This document shows positions 13,528 through 25,396 of a stretch of 64,000 nt of DNA, in pieces. Where the stretch lies: contig CBFDEM010000064.1 of NCBI GenBank assembly GCA_965603825.1, forward strand, positions 248,001-312,000, written 5' to 3'. This stretch comes from Blepharisma stoltei ATCC 30299. Taxonomy: Eukaryota; Protista; Ciliophora. A model generated the notes under the pieces. That model made no database searches and was not told where the DNA came from. It was given only the letters and a program-made list of their open reading frames with translations. The translations under genes were made by a program, and so were the position numbers. How positions within the stretch are numbered: the first letter of the stretch is position 1; the number at the start of each line of letters is the position of its first letter.

Positions 13528-14595
13528 ATTTAAGTATCTATAATATTAATTATTGACAAGGCAAATGCAAGATTATTTTTGCCCTTAGCTGAAAATAAAT
13601 TTTCAGCTACATTAATCTATATGCAAAGAAAAACTTGGAAGCTAATCCGAGATAAAAAGTCTTAGAGACTTCTCTAGGATGTAAAGGTTCCTGAAATTCG
13701 TTTGCCACCAGTCTCTCACCCACCCTACCTATATTCTACTTATCTATATAATAAATATTAAAGATAGTTAATTTTCGTGATTTTTAGCAGATTTATCATG
13801 TGTATGATACCTTATTTTCTATCTTCATTGCATGGGCCACTTTAATAATCTATAATCTCTATTGTTTTTAGTGCTGACTTCTAGTTTTTGTATTTAATAT
13901 AATCAAGATACAATATTGCTTTGAGTTTAATCAAGATTTAGCCATAAACGAGCTTTGCATAGCATTCGGAAAGCAAATAGCCTAAAGAGTATTACTATTA
14001 TCTGATGAAGTCACAATTAGATTAGTAAGGCTTACTTATTATCATGTAGCATAATAACAATTTATTTTTAATAATTAGTAAAATTATAAGACAAAGAAAA
14101 GAGATTAAACTTTATCGTTATACCTTGAATAAGTAAATAATCCTGTTTTAAAAGTGGTCTTAATATAACTATTATCATAAAAATCTGTTTTACCTCATTA
14201 CGCTTGATTTAATTTTTAAATTATATTTTATAAAAATTGCCAGTATCTTATTCCTTAATTAATATTTAAATTTGTTTAATAATAATTTATAACTATGTAG
14301 AATAGAGATTGTGGATAAGGTATCAGATATATCGATAAATCTGCTAATAATCATGTCTTAATGACAAATTTATGTATAAACAGTATTGGAATGCAGCTTG
14401 TGTAGAGTAGGGAACTGTGTGAGTTGATCACCATAAAATAATAATATTTGTACGACCGCTTTGCTCTTCATGAAGGAAGGTAATTATATTATTTTTTATA
14501 TATAATGCAATAAATAAGAATGTTCTTTCTATAAAAATATAAGTCTGTTTAACCAACTCATAAAACTACTATTAAGCAAGCTTTTTTAACTTGAT

Positions 14596-15615
14596 TTAAT
14601 TAATATATCTTTCTAGATAATCACTCATCTCCCCAAGCATATTCGTTGTAAGCGCATTTAAAACACACTCATCAAAGCTTAAATTTACTGGATAAAATTT
14701 CACATACGATAAAGAATTTATCAGCTTTTGGTAAGCATTGTCATCAAGCATTTCTTTAGCGCAGATTAAATCCTCTCTTCTACTTGAATTGCAATTTTGA
14801 ATCTCTTTGCTTTTATGCCAGTTCATTACCTGCTGGATTGCAAGCTGCATTGGTTCATCTCCTTGGAATAGTGGGCATACTCCTGTCTCAGTTTCATGAT
14901 GTTGACAAAAGCAATTATGCGGAAGAAATCTTTCATAGAAATCGTCATACTCTGAAAGACAGCATCCATACTTTTGACAATTGCTGTCTATACTGCAGGT
15001 TTCTGGAAATTCTGATTTAGATTTCACAGGCTTATTGCAGAAAAAATAATCTTCATCTGTGAGTAGACTTGCACAAGTTCCATACTGACAGAGTAAATTG
15101 ATGCCATAACTGCACTCATAAACTCGAGTGCCGACTTCTAAAGAGCCAATTGGAACACATCTTTGAATTTCTGTCATGCATAGAGTCCCATATTGGCACT
15201 CCGCATCGTTTTCGCAGGAAGATCCCATACTTTTAAGCGGCTCACAATAGCCCTGTGGACAAAAACGTCCTGGATTGCACTCATAAGAATCTCTACATTT
15301 TGAATTCGTTCCTACACATCTGCCATTATAGCATGCATATGTGTTGCATTCGCTACTGAAAGTACACTTTTGTCCTGAATGCTTAAGTTCTGATACACAA
15401 TAGGAACTTAAAGCTCTTTTTTTGAATTTGCAATATTTTGTTTTGTCTTTGCAGCCTCAAACGGAATAATCATCAATTTTATTTCTAGATGCACATTGAT
15501 CTCGAAAAAATGTTTGATTTGCTGTTTTGCATTGAAAAGAAGGACAATAAGGATCTCCATATGAAAAATGAAGTGCTGAGATAAAAATTAAGCAAAGCTA
15601 GCTTCTTGATGTCAT
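14596..15615 (-). pseudogene. Secreted Cys-rich protein (single repeat unit) with in-frame TAG at codon 6; pseudogene or null allele
   Basis: Reads MTSRS*LCLIFISALHFSYGDPYCPSFQCK... and is then open (one TGA) into ORF 14596..15228; homologous to 30487..32549. Confidence 0.6.
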
Positions 15616-15741
15616 TTATTATTAGTGGTGATTAATAGGCTAAAATGGTGAATAAAAAATATATCCAAATGCATGTCTAAAATATTATCAACTTCTACAT
15701 TCTTGGATTTTCTTTAAAATTTTAAATTGGTATGTAACAAT

Positions 15742-16328
15742 TTAATTATTTAAATTATTCTTCAATTGCACTTCGTACTTCCTCAGCTGCTGCAGAAATC
15801 CATAATTTGGCTGTATCCAAGGTCGCTTCGATTTCACAAATGCCATTGCATCTTTCATGCTCATCTTGCTATAAGTCATTAGATACCCGATCACCACCGT
15901 CGACGATCTCGACACACCAGCAAAGCAATGCACAAGCACAGTTCCTCCACTTGCAATTGCTTCCTTAATAAACTCAAAGCACTCCTTAAAATGAGCACTT
16001 AAGTTTTCCTTAGGGTCATCTATCACATTCACCACTTTATATTCAAACTCTCCTGGGAATTTCGGTGGCAAGCAGTCACAAAGCGTCAGAATATGTGTAA
16101 TCTTTAGTCTCTTTAGCGTAGCCAATGTATATGCAGCTCCTACAGATCCGAGATACAATTTCTCAAGGATCTAGACTATTCGAAAATTACCTTCTGTGGG
16201 TTTGCATCTGATCTTTGATATTGGGAAATATACATGCGCTTCATACGTTCCCATACATTGTCCACTTGTAGTGGCTGGGCCTTTGTAATATTCCTTTGCG
16301 TTGGGCGAGTTGCTGTTCGAACTACCAT
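15742..16328 (-). CDS. Atypical dual-specificity protein phosphatase, ~188 aa
   Basis: LYLGS and VLVHCFAGVSRS (HCX5R) motifs; upstream exon joins in frame only via a 20-nt intron at 16171-16190. Confidence 0.9.
16171..16190 (-). other. 20-nt GT-AG intron (atypical length)
   Basis: gtaattttcgaatagtctag; removal gives DANPQK|ILEKLYLGS; splicing at the 15-nt AG does not restore the frame. Confidence 0.7.
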
Positions 16329-16366
16329 TTTATTTTTATAAAAATGATAAAATTAATGTTTCAAAA

Positions 16367-17983
16367 TTACCTGAAGCTTCTTAGTTTGTTTTTCAAATTC
16401 CCGATGTTTGTATTCAAAATGTCGATTTCCAGCTCAAGTTCGTCCTTACGGCGTTTGTTTTGTGCGTTGTTAGCAATTCGATTGTACTCATTTTCAAGGC
16501 GCTGTTTATCTACAAGGAGCATATTTAGTTTGCTTTCCATGTTTGCCATAACGTCAATGTTGTCATTTTTTGGGCCAGGTATTGGGGAGACGTCTGGCTT
16601 TTTGGGCTCTTTTTTGATGAATTGACGAGGCGGGGTTTCCCAGTTCAATGCGTTTTCAACACATGCTGAGTTATTAGTCCTAGACATGTTTCTTATTAGA
16701 GGAGAATGAGACTCTCGGTTCTGATTTTGGTTTCTTCTAGGCTCTTCTGCTCGAATAGGTCTTTCTTCCTCTTCTCTTTCATAATATCTAGGATTTTCAT
16801 CAATATCTTCTCTAGAAGGCGCTTTTTTAAGCTGGTTAATTTGGAGCTTAAGCTGATCATTTTCTAAGGTTAGCTGCTTTATTTGTTGGCTGCATTTCTT
16901 TTTTGATGATTCTAACTCAGCTTCAAGCATTTCAATCCTATCTTCTGCTCTTGCCAAATCTTTTTCTGCATTGCTTGTATTTTTATTGCTATTCACTCTA
17001 TTTTCCAGCTCTTCAATTTTTTCTCTTGCTTTATTTAGCTGCCTTTCTAGCTCTTCAATGCTTAAATTTGCATTTTTCAGCTCCATTTCACTTTGCTCAT
17101 ACCTTTCTTTATACCCATCGCTGTTTTTATTTCCTTTTTGCAATTGCTCTTCTAAATATGCACATCTTTTTTGTAAATTATTGAAGTCTTCTCCATTATA
17201 ATTGCCTCCATTCCTCACTTGGTCTTCAAGGTCCATAATATCATACTTTGCATTTTCTAATGCTTTTTTTAGTTTTATGATTTCATTGTCTTTTATTGAA
17301 ATAATGTCTTGAAGCTCTTTTTTTTCTCTTTCAAATTCTTCTTTGGATTTAATGTCATTTTGGTGGAGGAATTGAAGCTGAGATTGAAGAGCTTCGGTTT
17401 GTTGACGAAGAATCATTTCAGAATATTGCATTTGAGGAAATATCTGAGGGTACATTGAAGGAAAATATGATGCGGGAGGAGGCATAAATTGTTGGGATGG
17501 GAATTGAAATTGTGGATAATGAGCAAAGGAATTTTGACGAGAAATGTCCACTTGTGGGATATAGGCTGGAATGTGCTGAGAGTAACCTTTTATTTCGCCG
17601 GAATCCATTGATTGGTATTGAGAAGATTGAGGGGAATCTGGAGATGGCTGGGAAAATTGTGGGATTTTGCGTTCTCTTAACGGACTTTCATTTTTCAGCT
17701 GTGGAGGTGGCTGAGGTGGCTGAACTTCTTTTTTAATCTGAGTCTGCTTGGTTTCTTTTTCTACCACAACTTTTTGTTTCGATTTTTGAAGCCTTGATTC
17801 TTCTTCTAGAAAGCGTTTAAATAATCGACTGTTCAGATGTTTGTCTATGTTAAAATCAGATGGCATTTCAAATAAAGCTTTATTATTGCTTTTGTCTTTT
17901 AAAACACCTTCTTGATTTCGGCTTAAAATTTCTGAAGCTTTATCTACACTTTTGCTTCGATCTTGGGCTGCTCTTCTTTCCAT
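16367..17983 (-). CDS. Coiled-coil protein with Pro/Gln-rich N-terminal half, 538 aa
   Basis: Long uninterrupted ORF, heptad-rich E/K/L composition. Confidence 0.8.
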   Translation of the reverse strand: MERRAAQDRSKSVDKASEILSRNQEGVLKDKSNNKALFEMPSDFNIDKHLNSRLFKRFLEEESRLQKSKQKVVVEKETKQTQIKKEVQPPQPPPQLKNESPLRERKIPQFSQPSPDSPQSSQYQSMDSGEIKGYSQHIPAYIPQVDISRQNSFAHYPQFQFPSQQFMPPPASYFPSMYPQIFPQMQYSEMILRQQTEALQSQLQFLHQNDIKSKEEFEREKKELQDIISIKDNEIIKLKKALENAKYDIMDLEDQVRNGGNYNGEDFNNLQKRCAYLEEQLQKGNKNSDGYKERYEQSEMELKNANLSIEELERQLNKAREKIEELENRVNSNKNTSNAEKDLARAEDRIEMLEAELESSKKKCSQQIKQLTLENDQLKLQINQLKKAPSREDIDENPRYYEREEEERPIRAEEPRRNQNQNRESHSPLIRNMSRTNNSACVENALNWETPPRQFIKKEPKKPDVSPIPGPKNDNIDVMANMESKLNMLLVDKQRLENEYNRIANNAQNKRRKDELELEIDILNTNIGNLKNKLRSFR

Positions 17984-18577
17984 TTTAAAAGGGTTTAATT
18001 AACAATTCTTGACTGCTACTATGACTTATTTCAAATTAATATAGAATTACTACTAGCTTGTCTTCATTGAATTTCTAAGTTATTGACTATTCATGTATTG
18101 AATTTGATAAATTAATTAAACATAATAATTATATATTTAACATAGAATAAACTATTATGTTCAAGTTGCGTAGATAAATCAGATTTAATTTTTAAATTTA
18201 AAAAGGGGATTTCAAATTATACTGATTTAAAAATATCATATATTTATTGCATAGATTTAAAACATGGGTTTTAAGTTGAATAAGCACTTCTCTTTCTTAT
18301 CAAACATGCCAACCAGAAATATTTATTAATGAAATTTTTGAATGAATATATAAGAGCTGAGTTTCAGATATATTTTAAAATAAACTTGATATGGATATAA
18401 AAATTCAAATTTTTTAAATAAGCTTAGAATTCAAGTTTATATCTTGCTCAATTAAACAGCTCATGGCGTAAGATCAAATTCTATTTTATTATGAAGCACA
18501 GTACTTGAATAATTAAGATCCCAATTGCCATTTACCATACATCATTTTGTATACTATTTCTGGTGACCATTATTAAT

Positions 18578-19618
18578 ATGACGACATCATTCTTCCCTCT
18601 AATCTTCGACAGCATAAACGTAGGAAGACACATTAAAGGAACAAAAAAGCGACTAACATGAAAATTTGAGCTTGACGGGAAAGAGCAAACAATCATTATG
18701 TTTATAAGCAAGTTCTCAGGGAAGCGGAAAATACTTTTAAATGGTGACATAAAAATTGAAACAAGAAAAGCAAGCTCATACGCGACATATCCTTTACGAG
18801 TAGGAAGACATTGCATAATCCTATATGAACAAGAAGATGGTATTTTTGATTTACGGTGCGATAATTTGTCGTTTGATATGATTATGAGGAAAAATCGTTA
18901 TAATTCATCATTTGGTGAAGCTCAAGAGTATAATTTGCCGAAAGTTGACCCTTTTGAGCAAGAATGCTTTTCTCCTAAAAATATGGCTAATGATTATGAA
19001 GAGCATTTAGGAAGATATGATCCATATATACCGAAAGAAAATGGCCAGAAAAATATATGAAATACAAATATAGTTGGTTTTAGGAGATCTGAAGCTCAGA
19101 GAGAAGGGTTTTCGACTGAGAAAATTGAATTTCAAACAGCAATTCATGTAAATAGTATGCAAACTAATAAAGATACTCAGAATGTAGCAAAACCAAAAGA
19201 GAGCAGCCTTGATATTCTAAGCGCTCCTTATACAGTTTCTTCCCTCCCAACTGATTTATTTACAAAGCCACTTTCAGAAAGCCATCCTCAATCTTTTACA
19301 ATGAACACAAATCCCTTTGAAAGCGGGACAGCCTACCCATATATTGATAACACTCCGAAATTCTCAGAACCTCCAAAAGAAGACCTCAGCTCCATAGTTG
19401 ACCTCGACAATTTATCAAAAGGTGACAATTACTCCCCAGCAGAAGTTCGCAAGTATTATGAAACCCACAAAGCTTTTTCACTTCCAGACACTCCAAATGT
19501 GCCCATCTACCAGCTTCGCACTTCTCAGACCCAAGCCCCAGCAATTCCAAATACAGAGCCTCAAAAGATGTATTATCCTTATTTGATGATGAATCCATAC
19601 ACCCAATATCATCATTAA
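18578..19618 (+). CDS. Hypothetical protein, ~346 aa: N-terminal beta domain (possibly FAIM-like), low-complexity C-terminus
   Basis: ATG 18578; TGA=Trp at 18659 (KRLT-W-KFELDG) and 19058 join ORFs 18698..19060 and 19157..19618. Confidence 0.7.
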
Positions 19619-19659
19619 CATAGAAAAAATTAGATTAATTTTAAGGAATTTAAGTTAAG

Positions 19660-21429
19660 TTAAGATTCAGGGAAGATCACGCTATAAGCTGAAAGGGATT
19701 TATAGCTGAGTTTGCCTGCTGCAGGGATTCGTTTGGTGAAAGTAGGAGGAAGCTGCTTGTAGTTCTTTGGGTCAAGTTCTTCGAATGGTAGATCTGAGAG
19801 AGAGTTAGGAGGGCAGAGCTCTTCTGGCTTTATTTCTGAAATTCTGGTAAATTTGGGACTCCCAACGATTTTTAGAGACATGTTGTCTCTATAGGTGGTA
19901 GAAAAACGACCGGGGTGAGTGCATTGATGAGGGTTTTCTTCAGTGAGGCTTGGAGGCTCGGATTCAGTGCCTGGATCAGGGTATTTTTCTGCAGGAGTGA
20001 CACAATCAGTATCAATTTGTTGATCTGGAGTTATTGTGGATTGGATCGGCTGCCTATTTAATGGGGTTTGAACTTGAGGAACTGGAAGTTTGTTTTGTGG
20101 AGGTGCTAATTGAGTAGCTTGCTTCTTAGGCATTGGTGTAGCTTGAACAAAAGGAGGTGGGGATGTATTGACTTGCTCTTCTTCATAGCTTATTTCAGGG
20201 ACTTCTCTTCGCTGGCTTGCTAATGGAGTTTGTTTGCTGATCTGAGGACTATTTTGGCTTTCAACTGTCCTTTTTGGTAAAGGCTGCTTAGTTTTACTGC
20301 TTTGTCTCTCTACTTTAGTTTTTTCTTTCCTCACAGACCCACTTTTCACAGTATCCAGCACTTCTTCTTCTTCCTCTTCGTCTTTTTTGTCTTCTTCAAA
20401 CGATGAATTCGGTGTGCTATGAACACTCTTAAAAGTCTTGACCTCATATAAATTTGGCTTAATTATTCTCTTAGAAGGTGTATTTTTCAGCTCAGCAATA
20501 ATTTCGGATCTCCTTTTCAGTTCTGCAACCTGCTCTTGTGATAGCCTATCCTCGTCCTTGCATTTTCTAGGAGGCTCAGGAGATCGTGGCTTCTTCATTA
20601 GTCCGCGCATTTCGGTGTTTTTATAAACTTGGGCATACTCAGGGTTATTTAAACCTTCATGGGGAGCAATGTTGTAGGTTTTCATATAATCTCCATATAA
20701 ATAGCCACCTTTTACAGGGTTCACGTTGCCTTGGCCGTAGTTTGCAAATGCTGGCTTTCCGAAATAAGTGGTGAATGCAGAGTTCGGAAGCCAACGAGTA
20801 GTTTGATTAAGTTGTTTAATTCGAGCATCTTGGCGTTCTTTTCTTCCGTCATCGTTGTTTATTACTTTACCTGAGGATGCTGGTCTCTGAAGAGAGTTTG
20901 TAGACTTAGAAGCACTCAAAGGTCTTTTTGGGGCACTTTCCTTTGGTTTTTGCTGCTGTGCGGGTTTCGGTTTATTGACTTGTGACTTTATTATAGCCTT
21001 TTGCTGAGGTTTCTTGCTGGTCTGCTTCGGAGTTTCCTTAGGTTTTTCTTCTGCGGTGTCTGTTTGCTTCACTTCCTTAGCAGCAACCTTTTCTTCTTCC
21101 TGATTATCCTCTTGAATTTCTTCTTGTTTAGGCTCATTTATTTGGTAATTCAAATAGGTGCTTGCGGTCTCTGCTTTCAATCTATAATAATTCCTATCAG
21201 CCGCATTAAAAAAATACCCACGATACTCATCTTTGGCTTCAGAAATCCATTTTTGCTTCTCATTTTCCTTTATCGGATAATTCAGTTCTTCTTCAAACGC
21301 CAAAAGTGATTTTATTGGCGGATCCTGTGGCTTCCTAACTGGCTTTCCAAAGACATCATCTTTGGCTTGGACGATTTCGAATTCCCTTTGTGTAGAGAGC
21401 AGGTCATCTGGCTGAAAAGAAAGCTTCAT
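19660..21429 (-). CDS. Hypothetical low-complexity (K/E/Q/P-rich) protein, 589 aa
   Basis: Long uninterrupted ORF, TAA stop. Confidence 0.8.
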   Translation of the reverse strand: MKLSFQPDDLLSTQREFEIVQAKDDVFGKPVRKPQDPPIKSLLAFEEELNYPIKENEKQKWISEAKDEYRGYFFNAADRNYYRLKAETASTYLNYQINEPKQEEIQEDNQEEEKVAAKEVKQTDTAEEKPKETPKQTSKKPQQKAIIKSQVNKPKPAQQQKPKESAPKRPLSASKSTNSLQRPASSGKVINNDDGRKERQDARIKQLNQTTRWLPNSAFTTYFGKPAFANYGQGNVNPVKGGYLYGDYMKTYNIAPHEGLNNPEYAQVYKNTEMRGLMKKPRSPEPPRKCKDEDRLSQEQVAELKRRSEIIAELKNTPSKRIIKPNLYEVKTFKSVHSTPNSSFEEDKKDEEEEEEVLDTVKSGSVRKEKTKVERQSSKTKQPLPKRTVESQNSPQISKQTPLASQRREVPEISYEEEQVNTSPPPFVQATPMPKKQATQLAPPQNKLPVPQVQTPLNRQPIQSTITPDQQIDTDCVTPAEKYPDPGTESEPPSLTEENPHQCTHPGRFSTTYRDNMSLKIVGSPKFTRISEIKPEELCPPNSLSDLPFEELDPKNYKQLPPTFTKRIPAAGKLSYKSLSAYSVIFPES

Positions 21430-21461
21430 ATTTAAATTCCTGAAATAATTGGTTAATTAAA

Positions 21462-22688
21462 TTATCCGAATTTCTTGAAAACTAAAGATGTGAAACAGGT
21501 GCTATCGTAAGAAAAACTGTTAGTGATAGCATGTGTAACTGGAATTTCGAGTGGTTGGGTTGAGATCAGCTCGATTGCTTTAGTGCAAGGAGATATAAGG
21601 TTAGGAATCTGAGGAATTTTTGAGTGGTAAATTGATAAGGCACCTTCAACTACTTGAGCAGCTCCTGAGGCAGCTTGCATGTGTCCGAGGTTGCCTTTGT
21701 TCGAAGTAACTGAGCAATCTGGGCATAGTCTGGAAATTGCTAGAGCCTCAGCTTCATCCCAATGTTTCCATCCAGGCGCATCAGCAACAACTAAGTCTAC
21801 TTCGCTTCCTTCTACTTTTGCTTGTTTTAATGCAATTTTCATAGCTCTTAATTGCCCATTTCCATCTCTTTCAGCTGATTCTGTATCTGCGCAAGATGAG
21901 CCTCCGGCGAGTTCAGCATAAATTCTTGCTCCTCTTTTTTTGGCATGTTCTAGCTCTTCCAATACAACAGCTCCTGCGCCAACGCTATAAACCCAGCCAT
22001 CTCTGCGTGTTTCAAAAGGCCTGCAAGCCAGCATTGGATCTTCTCCTCTTGATAAGAATCCTGATTTATAAAAGCTCATCAGCAAAGCAGTATCAAACTC
22101 TACCTCAGCTGCTCCTGCAACCATTACGTCAGCTTCTCCTATCTGAATTATTCTAAATGCGTCCTTTATAGCTACTTGCCCTGTAGGAATTCCAGCAGAA
22201 CAAGAATTAGCATAGCCTCTTATTCTTAGGGGAATCCCTATAGACCCAATGGATTGTGAGGCAAGGACTTTAGGGATAATGAACCTATCCAGCTTGGCAT
22301 AGCCTCCTTCTTTGACTTTTTCATGAGTTCTTCGAATATCCATGATTGATGACCTATCACAGCCAAAAATCAAGCCTGTTCTTTCACTTATTTCATCAGT
22401 TAAAATTTCATGGCCAGAGTCCATTAAAGCTTGACTGCAGACTGCAAGACTTGTTGCGTTATAGACGTTTTTAACAACTGTGAGCTTTTTTGTTCAGCCT
22501 GCCAAATTAAATGAGGGAGGTAATAATCCTGCGAGTTTTACAGGCAAATCGTTTATTTCTGGGTATTCTTTGGTAGGTATTTGGGTGATTCCTACAGATC
22601 CTTGCAATAGACGATCAAAAGTAATGTGTGCAGTATCTCCTAAGGGGGTAATTAAGCCGACTCCTGTGACTACGACTCTTTTAATCAT
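21462..22688 (-). CDS. Beta-ketoacyl-ACP synthase (FabF/KAS II/OXSM-like) with divergent active site, ~408 aa
   Basis: KRVVVTGVGLITPLG, ANSCSAG, CRPFETRRDG, VVLEELEHAKKRGARIYAE and KGNLGH motifs; one TGA=Trp at 22494. Confidence 0.9.
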
Positions 22689-23082
22689 AGTTGTAAAACG
22701 GTAAATATATAAATAAATGAGAATTTGCAAATGGTATAAGTGCTCTAGTTATGTGAATAACGTGCAAAGTAAGATTTTTTACATATCAATGTATAGGCTT
22801 ATAGAAAATATGCAGACTTATTAAGAATTTGTATTATTACTTTTCTTGAAATATGCTTAACAAAAGCGATCTAATAATTTATATGAATAAAAAAGCATAA
22901 TAATAATTTAAATTTTGTAGCAATATACAAGAAAATAAACTCTAAAAATGCCGACTTTGTTTAGCTTAATATGTTTTTTATAATTTTCACATTCAAGTGA
23001 TAAACTTATGCCTTTCTACTAAATTCAATTATTTAATTTACACTCATGAAAAATCACCATTTCACTAAAAACAGCAAAAAGT

Positions 23083-24342
23083 TTAGTCTTCAGCAACTTG
23101 CTTTATTTCTTCTAATTTTAACGCTGGAACAGGACTTATTCTTTTTTGCATAAACAAATCATCAGACAAAAGCATATCAATATTTTTTAAACATTCAAGC
23201 TCTTTGCTTTCTTCTTTTATCTGCCCTGATGATAGCAACAAAGCAGGAACAAATACAGCCATTGACCCTCTCCTTCCATTCATATCTTTATTAGCTTGAT
23301 CTTTAAACTCCTGCAAAACCTTTGTTGTTATTCCTCCTTGCTGTTCTACCAAGCACAGAGTACTTGTCAATTTAGCAACTTTTAAAGTCAATTCGTCAAC
23401 TTCAGCTGTCAGTTCTCTAATCATTTCTCCTTTTTTCTCATTTTCATCTAAAATCAACTTAGCCTCCACGCTCCCTTTGGAGAAATCTATGCCTTTATCC
23501 TTTACCGCTCTTCAATTTTTAACTTCCCTATTGAGTTCTTCAGCCTGATTTGAATATTTTATATTTTCTTCTGACAGAGTTTTTAATTTGCTTTCTATTA
23601 AGCTGTTACTGCTCTTTAATTTAGAAATTTCTGATTCTAATGATTTTATTTGCTGCTTCAATTTTAATACTTGTGGGGTGTTTTCATTTTCCGATGAAAT
23701 GGAGAGAAAGCTGTCTTTTAGTACTTTGAATAATTCTAAAAAAGGAAGCCTTGTAATGATTTCGTTGAAGGCTCATAAAATTAATTCATTCGGGTTTATT
23801 TCTTCATGCCGCTTCTTAGTTTTAGCAGTTTTTTCTTTGAGAAGCTGCAAAATCCAGTCAAAAGTGCTTCCTAGATAATAGTCATTTTTATTTGCTTTTA
23901 AAGCGTCAGTTTTTAATAAAGAAGACACTCTTCTTTTAGGTGCTTTAGGTGTTGGCTCTAAGTATGAGGAATTTGAATGGTTCATAATTGTGAGGGATTT
24001 ATTTATGCTGGCTTTTTTTGGCTTCAGGATTTCAACTTTTAAAAGCGAGGATTTTCTTCTTTGAGCAGCACTGGGAGTAGAGTCTAAGCAAGAGGTGCTT
24101 AAACGGTGCATTATGGTAAGAGATTTGTTCAGCTTTTTTTCGTTTGTATTAAATACTGGATTATTTTTGGATTTTTGATTCATTGACTTTTGAGACTTTA
24201 AAGGAGTTTTAGGCCGAAGAGATGTTGTAGATCTAGAAATCGGGGATAAATAAGGACTTGTTTGCTGCTGGCCAACTTTGCTTTGATCTTTTTTAGTTAA
24301 ATTATGAACACTTAAGAATTTGGAATCTTGTGCACTAGTCAT
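23083..24342 (-). CDS. Hypothetical basic/coiled-coil protein, ~419 aa, with internal ~40-aa duplication
   Basis: ORFs 23773..24360 and 23083..23469 join via two TGA; NKSLTIM...RRxSSLLK occurs twice. Confidence 0.7.
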
Positions 24343-24490
24343 ATTTTTCTTAATTTTCAATACTCATTGTGTAGTAATAGAATGTTAAATTAATTAATTT
24401 AAATTAATTTTCGAGTGCTTTTATGTGAAAGTTTTAGAAGAATAAATTATGATTTAGTTTTGTTATATATATTATAAAATTAGTTTATGA

Positions 24491-25396
24491 TTAGCTAATC
24501 CGAAGAGATGATACTTCATGAAATTGAGGTCTCGAAAATTTCTCTTTTACAGCTGTCAAAGGATGCCTAGGTGCAGCTTGAAATAATATAAGCATATCCT
24601 TCGCACAGCACTTAATCTCTTCATCTGAATACCCAGTATCTTCAATTCTCCAAGAATAGTCTCTATTCAATATTTTATGCCCCATATAAGTCGCAGCTAC
24701 CGCTTTCAATGAAGGCTTATATTTTAGCATATGATATTCAACCAATGCTAACTCCAATAAATATTGCCCTACACTTTTACCTTGGGAGTTTAAATCGCTT
24801 ATTCCTCCATACCTCTCAAAAAATCTTCATGAGGTCGGCAGGGTAATATTAAAATTCAACGTATTTAAAATTTCCTTTTCCATTTTAACGACTTGTTCTC
24901 TGGTATAAGCCCGATCTGTAATCTGAACAAAATCTTTAAGCTCAGGTGGATAAATCTCCTCATACTTTGATGAGAGATACAAACTTGTGACCCCGACCAA
25001 CTGCAATTGTTGTCTAGTCACTGCTCGCTTTTCTAAATATTTATCAATAATCGTGACTGATAAAAATAAAGTTTCAGGCAAAAGCTTAAAACGCTTATGG
25101 GCGCTCACAATCCAGTCAATTAAGACGGCTCGTAGTTTTTGATTTATTTCAGGCTGCAGCTTCATATATTCTTGTGAAACTTGGCCTGTCGGCTCTTGCT
25201 CGTGAAGATTTTTGAAGATCTCAGGAGCATAATCAATGAGAAGCTGAGGGTTTGTGGGATTGGCTTCTTTAGAGGATGGAGAGGTATTGAGGAGAGAGGA
25301 GATGTTCAGGGATTTAAGAGCGTTTCGTGAAGAAAAGACCTTGGTGTTTTTGGGATCGAGTTGCAGATTTTCTTTGGAAGTGTCAGTTAAACTCAT
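24491..25396 (-). CDS. Mitotic (B-type) cyclin, ~301 aa
   Basis: Cyclin box LRAVLIDW, LLPETLFL, LQLVGVT, KYEEIYPP; D-box-like RNALKSLN; TGA=Trp at 24827. Confidence 0.93.

Noticed and set aside
16296-17736. Antisense and alternative-frame ORFs (e.g. 16296..16625, 16903..17184, 36993..37398, 43941..44183, 62443..62751)
   Set aside because: Shadows of compositionally biased real genes; no recognisable domains
24385-24412. AATTAATTAA-type tracts near gene ends as a specific polyadenylation signal
   Set aside because: Recurrent, but cannot be distinguished by eye from the AT-rich background
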